NCBI RefSeq assembly: GCF_036971445.1
Contig: NC_091475.1
Location: forward strand, 31,620,001-31,684,000
DNA: 64,000 nt
Direction: 5' to 3'
From: Narcine bancroftii
Taxonomy: Eukaryota
The notes under the pieces are model-generated. The model was not told the DNA's origin. It made no database searches and saw only the letters and a program-made list of their open reading frames with translations. How positions within the stretch are numbered: the stretch's first letter is position 1; each line of letters starts with the position of its first letter. Shown here piece after piece: positions 26,500-37,766 of the stretch. The position numbers were made by a program, and so were the translations under genes.

Positions 26500-27050
26500 G
26501 CATGGCACTTGAGATGCTGGTTTGTGAAACCATGCCGTCTATCCCTAATCACCTCTCTCCTATCCAAATACTGGTAGCTCCTGTCCCTCACAATCCCCTC
26601 CACTAATGTTAGACTCATCTATCTGTAGTTCCCTGTCTTGTCCTTGTACAATATTAGCCACCCTCCAGTCTTCTGGTACCTCACCCATGGCTTCCCATAG
26701 TGTCCTAGGAAATGCTTGGTCAGGCCCTAGGGATTTACCTGCTTTAAGACCACCAACACATCTCCTTCTGTGATGTGGCTATATTCCAAAACATTACTAT
26801 TCTTGGCCTCAATTCCTTGGCTTCTATGACTTTCTCCATGACGAGAAAGCCCTGGTATCTGGTTTGCTTGAGCCTGCCCATTGCTTGAATTCTGGATAAC
26901 GGGGATTTTTACTGCATTCATTCACTGTCTCCTGTGGCCCACACAGTAAACCTCATTGATTCTGAAGGGAACCTATTCTCGACCCGTTACCCTTAATACA
27001 CCTGCAGAATCTCCTGGGATTCCTTTTAACCTTTTACACCAAAGCTATGT
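26500..27050 (-). mobile_element. CR1 LINE fragment (start of the RT region)
   Basis: Decayed NY..MSLT.VEGIVRD..LDR..I.D.RHGF. Confidence 0.6.
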
Positions 27051-28394
27051 CATGTCCCTCTTTTTTCCCTCCTTTCTTCTTGTTTTACCATTCTGCTTAT
27101 TCCAATCAATAAAATGTCCCATTAAAAATTAAATTTCTTTTGGTACATTCAAGTAAAATACATATTTAATTTCAATAGTATAGAAGTCAGTGGTTCAACT
27201 CTGCAAATCTGAAACAGCAATGATGAAGGAGGTTAATTCTCATGGAAAGAGCCTGGATGCTAATCTAAAGCAGTCCATATGTATACTGTATACAAGACTA
27301 CAGAAGACTCTTGTGGTAACAGAATGGGTTAAGCAGCATTGGTGGGGTAGGAAAGGGAATTGTATACAATTTGGATTGAGACTCTAAGAGTGGAGAGGGA
27401 AGATAAAAGAGGAAGAGTTTTGGGACAGTGGCCAGCAGAAGATAGGAAGGAGGTAGAAGCAGAGGATGTGAGATTGATGCACTGTTAGGTTGGAGGCTGT
27501 GGAATGGAGATCACCTGATGTGATTAGATCTATGGCAGTGGCCTGGTATATGTTAGTGAGGTTGTGGCCTCACTAACATATGACAAGATTGGGAATGGAA
27601 TGAAGAGAATGGAGCACTGCAAGTTCAAATGGGGCAAGACTATTGTCATGGTCTGGTTTCCCAAGGCACAGTAACTTTGAGGAGGCAGAGTTACATTTGC
27701 CACAGACAGATGTGATAGGCCACAGCAATGATCAGAAATACAGGAACCGTGTATAATTTAGCTTTGGAACAGGATCTGCTTTCCAGATCAACCGCAATGA
27801 TTTCACAACATTTAATGATCAAAGTGATTGATTTGTATCTGTCCTTTCTACAACTGTAATTGGCTGACACTCTGTTGAGCCTTATCACTTGCTGTAAGGA
27901 AAGCAATAGAATTAAGACTCCCTGCCATCAATTTCTTTCAAATATCACATGAAATTACAAGAACTGTCAAAGTCAATGGAGAACAATATACGGAGTTCAG
28001 TTGATGTTTTTCAAAAATCACAGGACTCCTTAATGTTCTGCGATTGACTCCAGCTGAATTCTAGTGCATGTGTTACTACACACAGAAGTTGATGGAACAT
28101 TTCACAACTGGGTGCATGTTACACTGAACCATGATTTGTATATTCTTAGTAAATTTATTTCAGTTCAATTTCCTGCTATTTCCACCCTGGGTGTAACTTG
28201 AATAATCCTATCGATTTTTGGCTGTGGTATCACCGCTGATTGGAAGTTCGCTACTGAGGATGGGTGGTGGGGAGGGGGGTGGGGGGAGGGGAGGAGATCC
28301 AAATGCTGCTGTAGGATTTAAGTATGTAAATTTTTCTTATGTAGAATGCATATAAATAACGCACAGAAAAAAAAGCAAAGTTGCTAAGCATAGA

Positions 28395-28400
28395 TTTATT
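28395..28400 (-). terminator. Candidate XK polyadenylation signal
   Basis: AATAAA on the minus strand followed by a U-rich tract, implying a 3' UTR of about 3.5 kb. Closer AATAAA hexamers also exist near 30206-30390. Confidence 0.35.
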
Positions 28401-29152
28401 TAACATCATTGTCACGCATCCATAACATGAAGCAACTGTTTGAAATAAGAGAAATTATATATGAAAAATAAATATAAACTTTAAAAATCAATATATACAG
28501 TTTTCACTCTAGATTCATCTTTATTCTTTCCATTGCAAATATTACTGAGACATTTTGTTGTGTTTGAAATTGTGTTTTCTCCTTGTGTCAGAACCTTGTA
28601 CTTCATCAGCATCTTAGGACGATGCTTTCAAGTTGAAGTATTTATTACATAATGCATTTGTCTGCTAAAGATTTCAGTCACAAAATATTTTTTGTGTTAA
28701 TAAATAATGAAAATAATACACAAAGATTTACAATCTTCTTTTTCACAATATTGATTTTGCTGATTCACTTGAACTTGTTCATGCATTCCTAACCTTATGA
28801 AAGATAGTTCGCATCATATTACATATACTTCACCCAAGAACATTTGTAACCTATTAGGACATAAACTATTATGCTATTAGGTTGCCCACTGTCGCTGGTA
28901 TTGATGTCCAAGTTAAAGATTTTGCATTTAAGTCGTGGAGACATTGAGTGACTGTTAAATAGCTCAGAGACCAGTTTTCTGGCACACCACATCACATTTG
29001 GTCAGCAACTTTCCAGGAATGAGTGATTCAATTGCTTTTCTAGGTCATTCTTAAATGCATTCCAGATTTCAACTGACCTTAGGGTGAACAAATTCTTCCT
29101 CAGATCCCCCAACTAATATCTTACCTTAAGTAAATGCCCACTAGTTTTATTA

Positions 29153-29373
29153 CAGGTTGTCCTCAACTTACGACCTCCTCGAGTTATGTCCAGCCCACAT
29201 ACGATCCGTTTTTAAAAAATAATACTGTACATATGCTGAGATTCTTCATTATTAGTTCATTTGTTGAATTTTTTTGAAAAATTGCTTTAATACCTCATTA
29301 AGACCATGTGAATCCAACTTACAACCAATCTGAGTTATGACCAATTCTTCAGTCATCAGTTGAAGACTATCTG
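29153..29373. mobile_element. Tigger-like MITE
   Basis: TA|CAGGTTGTCCTCAACT...AGTTGAAGACTATCTG imperfect terminal inverted repeats. Confidence 0.65.
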
Positions 29374-30427
29374 CATATGCTCTGGGGAAAGTTTTCCATT
29401 ATCTACTCTTCTGAGTTCCTCCTAAGGCTCCTCTTCAACCTCCTGTGCTTCAAGTAAAACAAGTACAATCTATCTGGATTTTTTGTATAACTAAAGTACA
29501 TCGTCCCAAGCAATATCCCAATCAATCTCCACTATGTCATCTCCAGTGCAATCATATATTTCCTGACTAGGACTTGGTACTTCAGCAGTGTGCAACAACT
29601 GTTTTATGAAGTTGTTGGTCCACACCATTCATGCTCTCTGTTCTATGCCCCCTATGTCCACTGCCTCTGGAAAAAAATCAGGTATAACTGTCGACTAATC
29701 ATATTTGTGCCTCATACACAAATACATATGCAGAAACACCAAACACTCAAGATATTAAATCCTAAAGCTACTTTGATTCCCTACACTATTCCTACATAGG
29801 CACATCTGCCATTGGCCAATGTAAACTTGAATGTTGGGTTCTCCAAGTTTTGGTAACTCCACTCCAATTCTTTTCCAGTTTCATCTATCCTTTACCTGCT
29901 CCCATTCTACTTTCTCAAACCCACCACCCGCCCCAGTGGCCTCTTTCTTGATCTGTCTCTCATCCTTTCCCACCTTCATTGTCCCCTCCGCAACTGTCCC
30001 TCTCTCTTTTTATACATATCTCCCCTTCTCATTTTAGTCCTGACAAAGATCCAGAAAGATTGACAAACCAATTTTCTCCATCGATGCTGTCTGACCCACT
30101 GAGTGTCTCCAGCTTCTCTTTCTTCACATATTAACTCCTCAATTTCAATTGCCCTCTGATGCAATCAATTTCTTTTTAAAAATGCTGGCTAGGTAATTAA
30201 ACATATTTATTGTTCTACTTCAAAGTTCATACTGAAGTTGCAACATTTCCCATTTTATTATTTAGACTTTACTTGAATATTCTTTCAAGAACTTTGACAC
30301 TGAGGTCTCAAATTTTAATGAGAAGCATAAATTTTAAAAAACAACAGTTGAGAAATTATCCTGAATATCACCACATTCTATTATTTTTATTTTAACTAAT
30401 TATAAATCAGGTTAAGGCTTCCATTAA

Positions 30428-31333
30428 TGTTGTGTGTGGAGGAAACGTGGCCTCCCTGCCTGTTTGGAATGTGTGTATTGTGGGTGGTCACGTGTCCTCT
30501 CTGTCTGATGCTTATTTGAAGTCACATCACCTGTTAAGCAAGGTTGAACTCCGGCCACCCATTAGTGCACACCTTGCCGTTGGCTAATTTAAATTACCTA
30601 GGGTCATCATTGGCTGGCAGTACAGATTAGCACTGTATTTATCACCAGCACAGAGCACATTCGCTCTCTCTGCTTCATGGTCCAAGCCCCAGACACCGTT
30701 CCATGCAAGGTTGTTACTGTGGACATTGCTGGAAGGGTCGTGGGTAAGATGTGCACCACACTGAAGCTGAGCCGTAGTATTGTGATAGATCAATACTTGC
30801 ACCCCCATTGATCAGCATGTGTAAGAGTCCCTGTTTATAGTGTGTGAGCGGGGTTGAATATAGGTACCATTGTCGGAGTCCAACTGATGTCGTTTAAGTG
30901 AAAGTGTGTGCACCGGAAGGGTTGTGGGGAAGGTGTGCACTACACTGAAGCTGAGCCGTAGTATAGCGATAAATCAATACTTGAAGAAGAGCCACACCCC
31001 CATTGATCAGGGAACCTGGAGCGTTTGTAAGAGTTCCTGTTAATAGTGTGTGAGCAGGGTCGAATATAAGTGCCATTGTCGGACTCTAATTTATGTCTGA
31101 GGTCAACGTCTATGTCATCGCTTAAGTGAAACAGGATGTGTAGTGTGTGAGTGTGGTCAAATATAGGTTCACCATTGTTAGAGTCTAAATGATGTCTGAA
31201 GTGAATGTCTGTATCGTCACTTACATGAATTAGTAATTGTGCACCCCGTGTTAATAAAAGTTACGTGTGACGCTTGTGTCCAGACTCATCACTCTGTGAA
31301 CCCACCAAAGCTGATATTCTTCTCAGCGCAACA
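30428..31333 (+). mobile_element. Solo LTR (BEL/Pao-like) with internal tandem repeats
   Basis: TGTTG...CAACA ends, 5-bp TSD attaa/gttaa, AATAAA near 31253; an internal block of about 190 bp is repeated at 30731 and 30915 with a partial third copy. Confidence 0.75.
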
Positions 31334-31905
31334 GTTAATGATGGGAGAAAGATGATATTCAGATGACAAATCATTTTAAAGAGAATGAGTTTTCCAGAAA
31401 TCAAGAAAACTGCACTTTATAAATTTTTCATAAACATGCAGTGTAAATGTTAGCATTTTCTTTCATTGATACAAATAAACCAAAGGTGCAGAGAACTGTT
31501 TTCTCATCTGTTACTTTCCCATTAGCTTAGTTTTACTTTATACTAGCACTTTTAAGAACCTTTAGAATAATTGTTGACTTCACTCTATGAAGCTGTCACT
31601 GTAAATATGTTTAGCCTGCAAGACAGCAAATTGGGGAAAACAAGAACACATGCCAACTAATTTCTGCCTATCAATGTTTGACCAGATGTGTTTGGACCTC
31701 TTGCAGGCAGGGCTTCATGCCAGAAACACTGGGATTGAATAGCAGTTTGAACCATTGCAAAATACCCACCTTTCACGGGAATTATAAACTGCAGGTTTTG
31801 TCTGAGGCACATTAATTATTTCTTGTGATGACCCTGTCCAAACATAATGGATAACACAAAATAAAAGGCTATCAATGTAATTTCTTTTGCATTTTGAAGT
31901 GTCTT

Positions 31906-32699
31906 CTAACCCTGCGATTCACTGATAGGTTCAGGCCCCTGTTCATGATCATTGGCGTTCTTTGGCTCCAAGCCAGTTTTCTCAGTGGATTCAGAAGATT
32001 TGCAGCAACCACATTTAAAGCAAGTATAATGAATACAAGCTAGCAAACCTTTTGAAATACTGGAGGTGAAAAGCTTTTTACATGGGTGGCAGAACTGGTA
32101 AAACACAAGCATGAAGAATATTGCAATGCAGTAACCTATTAACAACTGCGTAACCAGCAGAGGAGCACATATATAGCTGTACACATCAGTTTTGTAAATA
32201 TACCATAGGAGAATAAGAACAGTGTTTTCAATGAATCGAAGCATATAGTACACAGCTTGTCTATGCCAATTTTGTGACTTATTAATTAAATCAGAATCAT
32301 TTAACTTGAGTTGAACTGCTGACCAACAGAACATATTAATGCCAGCATAAAGACATGTTAAACAACATAATACTATTGTGGTACCTACTCTGGTAAATGT
32401 TTTTTCTATATTTTCAGGAAAAGGAGATTTACTGCTCCAGAATAAGATCCATGGATAGAAGAAAAATGTGAAAAGGTTCAAGAGAACCACGGGAAGGATC
32501 CAAATCTGTAATACAGAACTGAAAAGGACTAAAACAACAACTCTGGTGGCAATCTCAAAACTTCTCCACAGGAATATGCAAATGTAGGCCGCAGGCTTCA
32601 CATGCACCTCGTATTCATCATACTTGATTTTGATAGCAAGAATATTGCAACGCAAGGCTCCATATACAATGGTGAGCAAGGAAATGACCATTAATACTC
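31906..32699 (-). CDS. XK: XK exon 3, to the stop codon; spliced CDS 1302 nt, 433 aa
   Basis: tttgtag|GA GTA TTA ATG; contains [45 protein letters not shown] and [12 protein letters not shown]; ends TAG. Confidence 0.97.
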
Positions 32700-32728
32700 C
32701 TACAAATGAAACAGGACAGGTAATATCT

Positions 32729-32760
32729 ACACACACACACACACGTGCACACACACACAC
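32729..32760. repeat. (AC)n microsatellite, reading (TG)n on the XK sense strand just upstream of the exon 3 acceptor
   Basis: Direct reading. Confidence 0.9.
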
Positions 32761-34206
32761 TAGAGGTAGAGTTAAAACATTTGCAAAGATCCTAAGAATC
32801 AATTTTCATGTTAAATTTGGCGGACCATTAAACAATGCTATCAAACTTTGGAGGAATAATATTGGAAAGACAAGTGGCATTTATAAATAATAAGTTATAT
32901 CTGTCAATTCAATCAAATTCTTGAGGAAATAACAGTGCATCGATGAATGAAACGGAATGAATAAAGAGTTTGTTTTCAAAAGATGAGATGGAAAATACAC
33001 TGATAAAGCAAAATCATTGAGGGGTGAATTTTTATTGGACTTGCATTGTCCACTGGAACTTTGGTGGAATAGCTGAGAAAATGATGCTAAACTGCCTTAC
33101 CATATTTAGTTTTACTTTCTCACAATTCCACAGTTCTTCTGAAGTTACAATGGACAGTCAGGAGAATTGCTACAGAAGTTAACCCACCAAAGAATTTAAA
33201 TGTAGATATATAATGCAACCCAATTTGGAAATTACAATTTTTTGATTAAGTGGATATATTTTAAACTAATTTCAAAATAACAGAACATAATTGTATGAAG
33301 AATTTTAAGTCATGACTTAATTGAATTTCCTTATTTATTCAAAGTGCAGCACAAAAGCGCCTTATAATCTTTTGAGCACATGAGGAAGCCATTTGGTCCA
33401 GCAACTCTGTTGTTGCATGTACTAACATAAGCAACCAATTGCAAATGACCAGAAGACACAAGACACAGGCCACTCACAAGGAGTAGAAGGCACACATCAC
33501 TCACAAGTTTGTCGTTGGGTCATCTCACACTATTGAACAGGTCTCATACCATCCATTGAAGAGCTTTCCTTCTCACACTCCACCATTGTGGGGTACCAAA
33601 GGAAACAAGATAAATCTTACTCCAGGTTATAATGAAAGATCTTGGGAGAGAGACCTGCGGTTTAGGGGGCAGCGGGGTTGGATATTGAGGGCAGGATCAG
33701 ACAGAAGATTTTCGAATTATAACCAGGATAGATAATGAAAGTCCATAGTTGGCTTCTGCGATTGGTAGGGAGTTGGGAAAGGCTTGAGGTGAAGGACGGG
33801 GATGGGGATTGGGGTGAAGGTCCGACTGGGAGGTTGGTGGAAGAGAAGGTCGTCAGGCAGCTGTCCAATGATCTAGGGAGATCTGGCAGCAGCAAGTGGA
33901 AAGTTTGTACGAGGTGCCCATAGAAGAGATTTTTTTCCAAACATACATATTATTTATTGAGGCAGCTTGCTATCCTTCAACTCCACAGCCTGGAACCTGA
34001 TCAGACAGGTCCTTTTTAAATAACACTGAAGTGGCCTCGCATGCATTAGGAAGATCAGTTTGTACATGATAAAACTTGCAGCAAATTCAAATTGTTGTGT
34101 TTAGTTAAGTGTCTGAAATAACCCAGGTGCTCCTGCATTGGTGTATCTTGCCAAATAAAGCAATCCCTTGACTGGCCCAACCTGCTGAATTTCAAAGGAT
34201 ACATAC

Positions 34207-34469
34207 CTCTCCCAGGAGTTATAATCTGTTGCTTTACGCTTACATACAGCTGAAGAGTAAGTTGAGGTGCAGAGCCTATGAACGCCTGAATCACTGAAGT
34301 CCGGTTAAAGGCAGCTCTGTGTGTAAACATTTTGCCTTCAGCTTGACCCACTTCTTTTTCAATTTCTTCAGAAGAGCCATTTTTTTTCATCTGCTTCTTT
34401 TTGGTAATACTGACATAAGATTCTTCAACTTTACCAACATTTAGGTAGATACAAAATGCTTCAAGACAT
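34207..34469 (-). CDS. XK: XK exon 2
   Basis: tttcag|A...G|gtatgt, 263 bp, CLEAFCIY...YVSITKKKQM...EEIEKEVGQAEGK...SAPQLTLQLY. Confidence 0.96.
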
Positions 34470-34949
34470 CTGAAAATATTAAACAGAAAGTACATGGAAA
34501 CTTTAGTATTTAATGGAGGTGTTGAATGGAAGTGCGGATGTGTAGTTGAAACAAAAAACCTGGCCACAATAATACATTCAGCGCCCAAAGGGTAAAGTAC
34601 AGTATTGGTTTTATAAAATGGTAGTCTGCATTAAGACTATCTTGCATGTCCATATTTCAGAATAATTTAAATTTTATTTTATCATTCTCTCTTAGCAGGT
34701 GTTCTAAACATAAACCATTCAGGGAACCACCACGAGGTAGAAAGATACTGGTTGACAGGGGTGAATGTGCTTTGCAAAGCTTGTACTTGATCATTCCTTC
34801 AGATGGGCAAAGATGGTCAGCTGGAGGCTCATAGAAGGAGAAATGCATGAATATGGGGTCGTCCGGAGGGAAGAGCGACCATGTAGGGCACTGTGGAAGG
34901 AGACAGGTTATAGGTCACTCCTAAAACATCTCCCAGATAGAGGGCGGGT

Positions 34950-35210
34950 GAGAGACCGGCAGCATGAATCGGGCAGGCGAGGGGGGAGAGACCGGCTGTG
35001 GGAGTCAGGCGGGTGAGACCGGCAGTGTGACTTGGGTGGGCGAGGGGGGGAGAGACCAGCAGCGCGGTCAGGCAGGCGAGGGGGGAGAGAGACCGGCAGC
35101 GCGACTCGGGCGGGGGACCGGCAGCGCGACTCGGGCGGGGGACCGGCAGCGCGACTCGGGCGGGGGACCGGCAGCGCGACTCGGGCGGGGGACCGGCAGC
35201 GCGACTCGGG
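34950..35210. repeat. GC-rich minisatellite with a 25-bp unit, XK intron 1
   Basis: gaccggcagcgcgactcgggcgggg at 35091, 35116, 35141, 35166 and partially at 35191; degenerate longer units upstream. Confidence 0.92.
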
Positions 35211-36861
35211 TGGTATCCACCATCTGAACTTATTGCAGCAGTGATGCGTAATGTACATCTCACGCAATGGGTTGATAAGTGTGCAACATACTTTAGGAAA
35301 TGTTTGTTTTACTGTCAGGGTTGTTTTTTTATTGCGCTGTCAGCGGTACGATCAACAGTCCAATTATTCAAATGAAAATTGATCAGGAACCTGAGGGATG
35401 CAAGGTGAAATTCATTTGTACAGCTGCAAATTAAAAAATGCACTAAATGCAAACTTGAAATATACCATTAATTTGTTTTTTTTGGCTGAGCTCTGAGACT
35501 TTTTTATGTCTTGATATTGTTTGTCCGTCATGCCTTGATGCGCTGCAAATGACGTCAAGGCAGGGGGGTGGGGGGAACTAGGCCACATTCCCGAGGAGCC
35601 AGTGTTCGCTGGTAGACGGCTCTCCATCAGCTGGCACGTTCAAGTGACAGAAAGACGTCCTCTCCGTGCCAGCCGTGGCTGCCGGCGCATGGTCTTGTGT
35701 GGAACACCTGAAAGTGCCTAGTGAATGAAGCTCAAAACATAATACAAATGCCCCTCCACCATCTCCATCTATATCTCCATTGCCCTGTGAATGACTGAAT
35801 ATCTTTCACACCCTGGACACACTCTCCCTCCTCCTTTCAGGGAGAAATCATGTTCACACAGGCTTAAAGAGAGTTTCTTCCCTGCAGCCATTCGTCTCCT
35901 GAACAAACAAGTTCAAGTTCCACCATGCAGTGCTCTCAAGCTGCCCTCGCTTGGTGCGAGTTGATTTTTTTAAATGGTTTCTCTCTTCTGGGTCATTGTG
36001 TTCTTGTTCAACTTTATCCAGGTGTATGAACGTCAGAGTCAACCTGTACAACTGCTTGCAGGAGAACCTTTCCTCCTGTGCAACTCACCTTAATGTAATA
36101 AATAAAATAAACCTCAATGGAGACGAACTTGAATTGTAAAGGAATCTTTATTAGGGATAATAACATATTGGCAAAGAACAATGGCAATTGAACTCGTTCG
36201 GTCAACATCCAACCATCCCTATTGCTGAGCGAGGCAGCCCCCACCGAGTGAAGGGAACCGCACGGCCCGAGAAACGCGCCGCGATCGTGGAGTAACAGAG
36301 GTAATAGGCGGGCACTGAAATAAGAATGACTTTGCTTAATATCGTGGCCAAGCCCTCAGTCAGGAGGTTTTTTCCCAGTAATCTATTACAGAATCACAAT
36401 TTGCTATTTAAAAACAAACATGGTCTTATCCAGGATGAGTAGAAACGGCTGAACTAAATTCTGTTCAGTGGTCAATCCTTCATAAAGGACAAAGAAACCG
36501 GTGCTGGTGCCCGAAACACTGTAACCTCCCCCCGGCATTTGGAAAACAAATAGAATAATTTCTGAACGCTAGCGGAAATGTTAAACCAAGGAGAACGTCT
36601 ACTGTGTTGGCGCGACCCTTTGGAGCCGAGTCATTCTGCAGCCCCCCCCCCCCCCCAATTCGATGGAACTGTTCCACTTGCTGCTGGCGACCAAGCCAAT
36701 TACTTGGGTGACTTCGCTGTGACAATAACAACGTGATGATTCTCCACGCGACCTTAAGGAGAGGTCGAAGAATCTAAATGCTAACCTTTTCTAACCTCCC
36801 GAATAGTCTCTGACTTTCAAGGGGCAGCGGCCACACACGTTCTTCATTCACCTGGCCCTTT

Positions 36862-36974
36862 CCCCCCACCCCCCATTCACCCCCCACCATTCACCCCCCA
36901 TCATTCACCCCCCCATTCACCCCCCACCATTCACCCCCCATTCACCCCCCATCATTCACCCCCCCCATTCACCC
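36862..36974. repeat. C-rich (CCCCCATTCA)-like tandem array
   Basis: About eight cattcacccc(c) units with variable C-runs. Confidence 0.9.
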
Positions 36975-37293
36975 TGCTCACCCAGTCGTCAGCCTCCCCC
37001 TCCACTCAGAATGTATGTGACCAACTTTGCAAATGAATACAGTAGTGCTACCTTCCTGTGTCGACATCCTCGCTCAATGTGCTTTCTGTTCCCAGATGAT
37101 TGGCATCGATCTTCACGCCACAGTATCGCTCGGAGGGAAGAAATTAGAACACAATTCACCCCGGTCAAGGCAAGGCATGGTGTCTGCCGCAGAGACCCTG
37201 CGCCTGAGGCGGAGAGAGAGGCGACTGTTTCCCAAAGCCCCGCATCAGCCCGTCCACACGATTTGACATCCAAGTGGGTGCAAGGAGGCCTAC

Positions 37294-37538
37294 CTGACGA
37301 AAGGTCCCAGCTGCAGCAGGTGAAAGAACAGCACCAGCGGTCTATCCCGGCTCACATCGCGGTGGACGAAGGTTAGCGTGAACTGGACCAGGATCGATGG
37401 CAGCAGGGCGAAGACGAGGGTGAGCGCTTGCCAGATCCTGTCCCCCGCAGATCGGTAGGTGCTGCTCAGATACAGAGCTGCTATCATCTCAGCGGCGAAG
37501 AGAAAAACCGACACAAAGATTCCACCCGGTGGTTTCAT
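37294..37538 (-). CDS. XK: XK (Kx antigen, XK-family scramblase) coding exon 1
   Basis: [17 protein letters not shown]...LLQLGPFVR, 245 bp, ends AG|gtagg; colinear with human XK exon 1. Confidence 0.96.
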
Positions 37539-37676
37539 CCTCGACACGTTCGCCCGACTTTTTAAAACAGGGGCCAGGGAAATGGGTCAAAAACCGCGAG
37601 AGGAACCGAGGGCGTCCATCGCGCTTGGTGCTCCTTGCTGCAGACACAATTGGCTCGACCACCACCCGCAGTGACA

Positions 37677-37766
37677 CTGCAGCAGAGGGAGCCATTGAGC
37701 TCTCCGGTCCGCAGGTCCAGTCTGCAGCAGAGGGAGCCATTGAGCTCTCCGGTCCGCAGGTCCAGT
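37677..37766 (+). repeat. Perfect 45-bp tandem duplication, each unit with a CTCF-like motif
   Basis: ctgcagcagagggagccattgagctctccggtccgcaggtccagt twice, starting at 37677 and 37722. Confidence 0.9.

Noticed and set aside
32700-32802. N-terminal part of the 298-aa XK ORF (MILRIF..VCVC)
   Set aside because: Intronic read-through; homology and splice phase place the acceptor at 32699.
34765-35267. Overlapping ORFs of 70-144 aa with repeated peptides
   Set aside because: Translations of the stop-poor 25-bp minisatellite; no splice or homology support.
35550-35557. Perfect CRE palindrome TGACGTCA in XK intron 1
   Set aside because: About one such 8-mer is expected in 64 kb; no independent support.
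37539-37547. Upstream GTG start giving MSR-MKPPGG
   Set aside because: An artefact of alternative starts in the ORF track; the ATG at 37538 aligns with the XK Met1.
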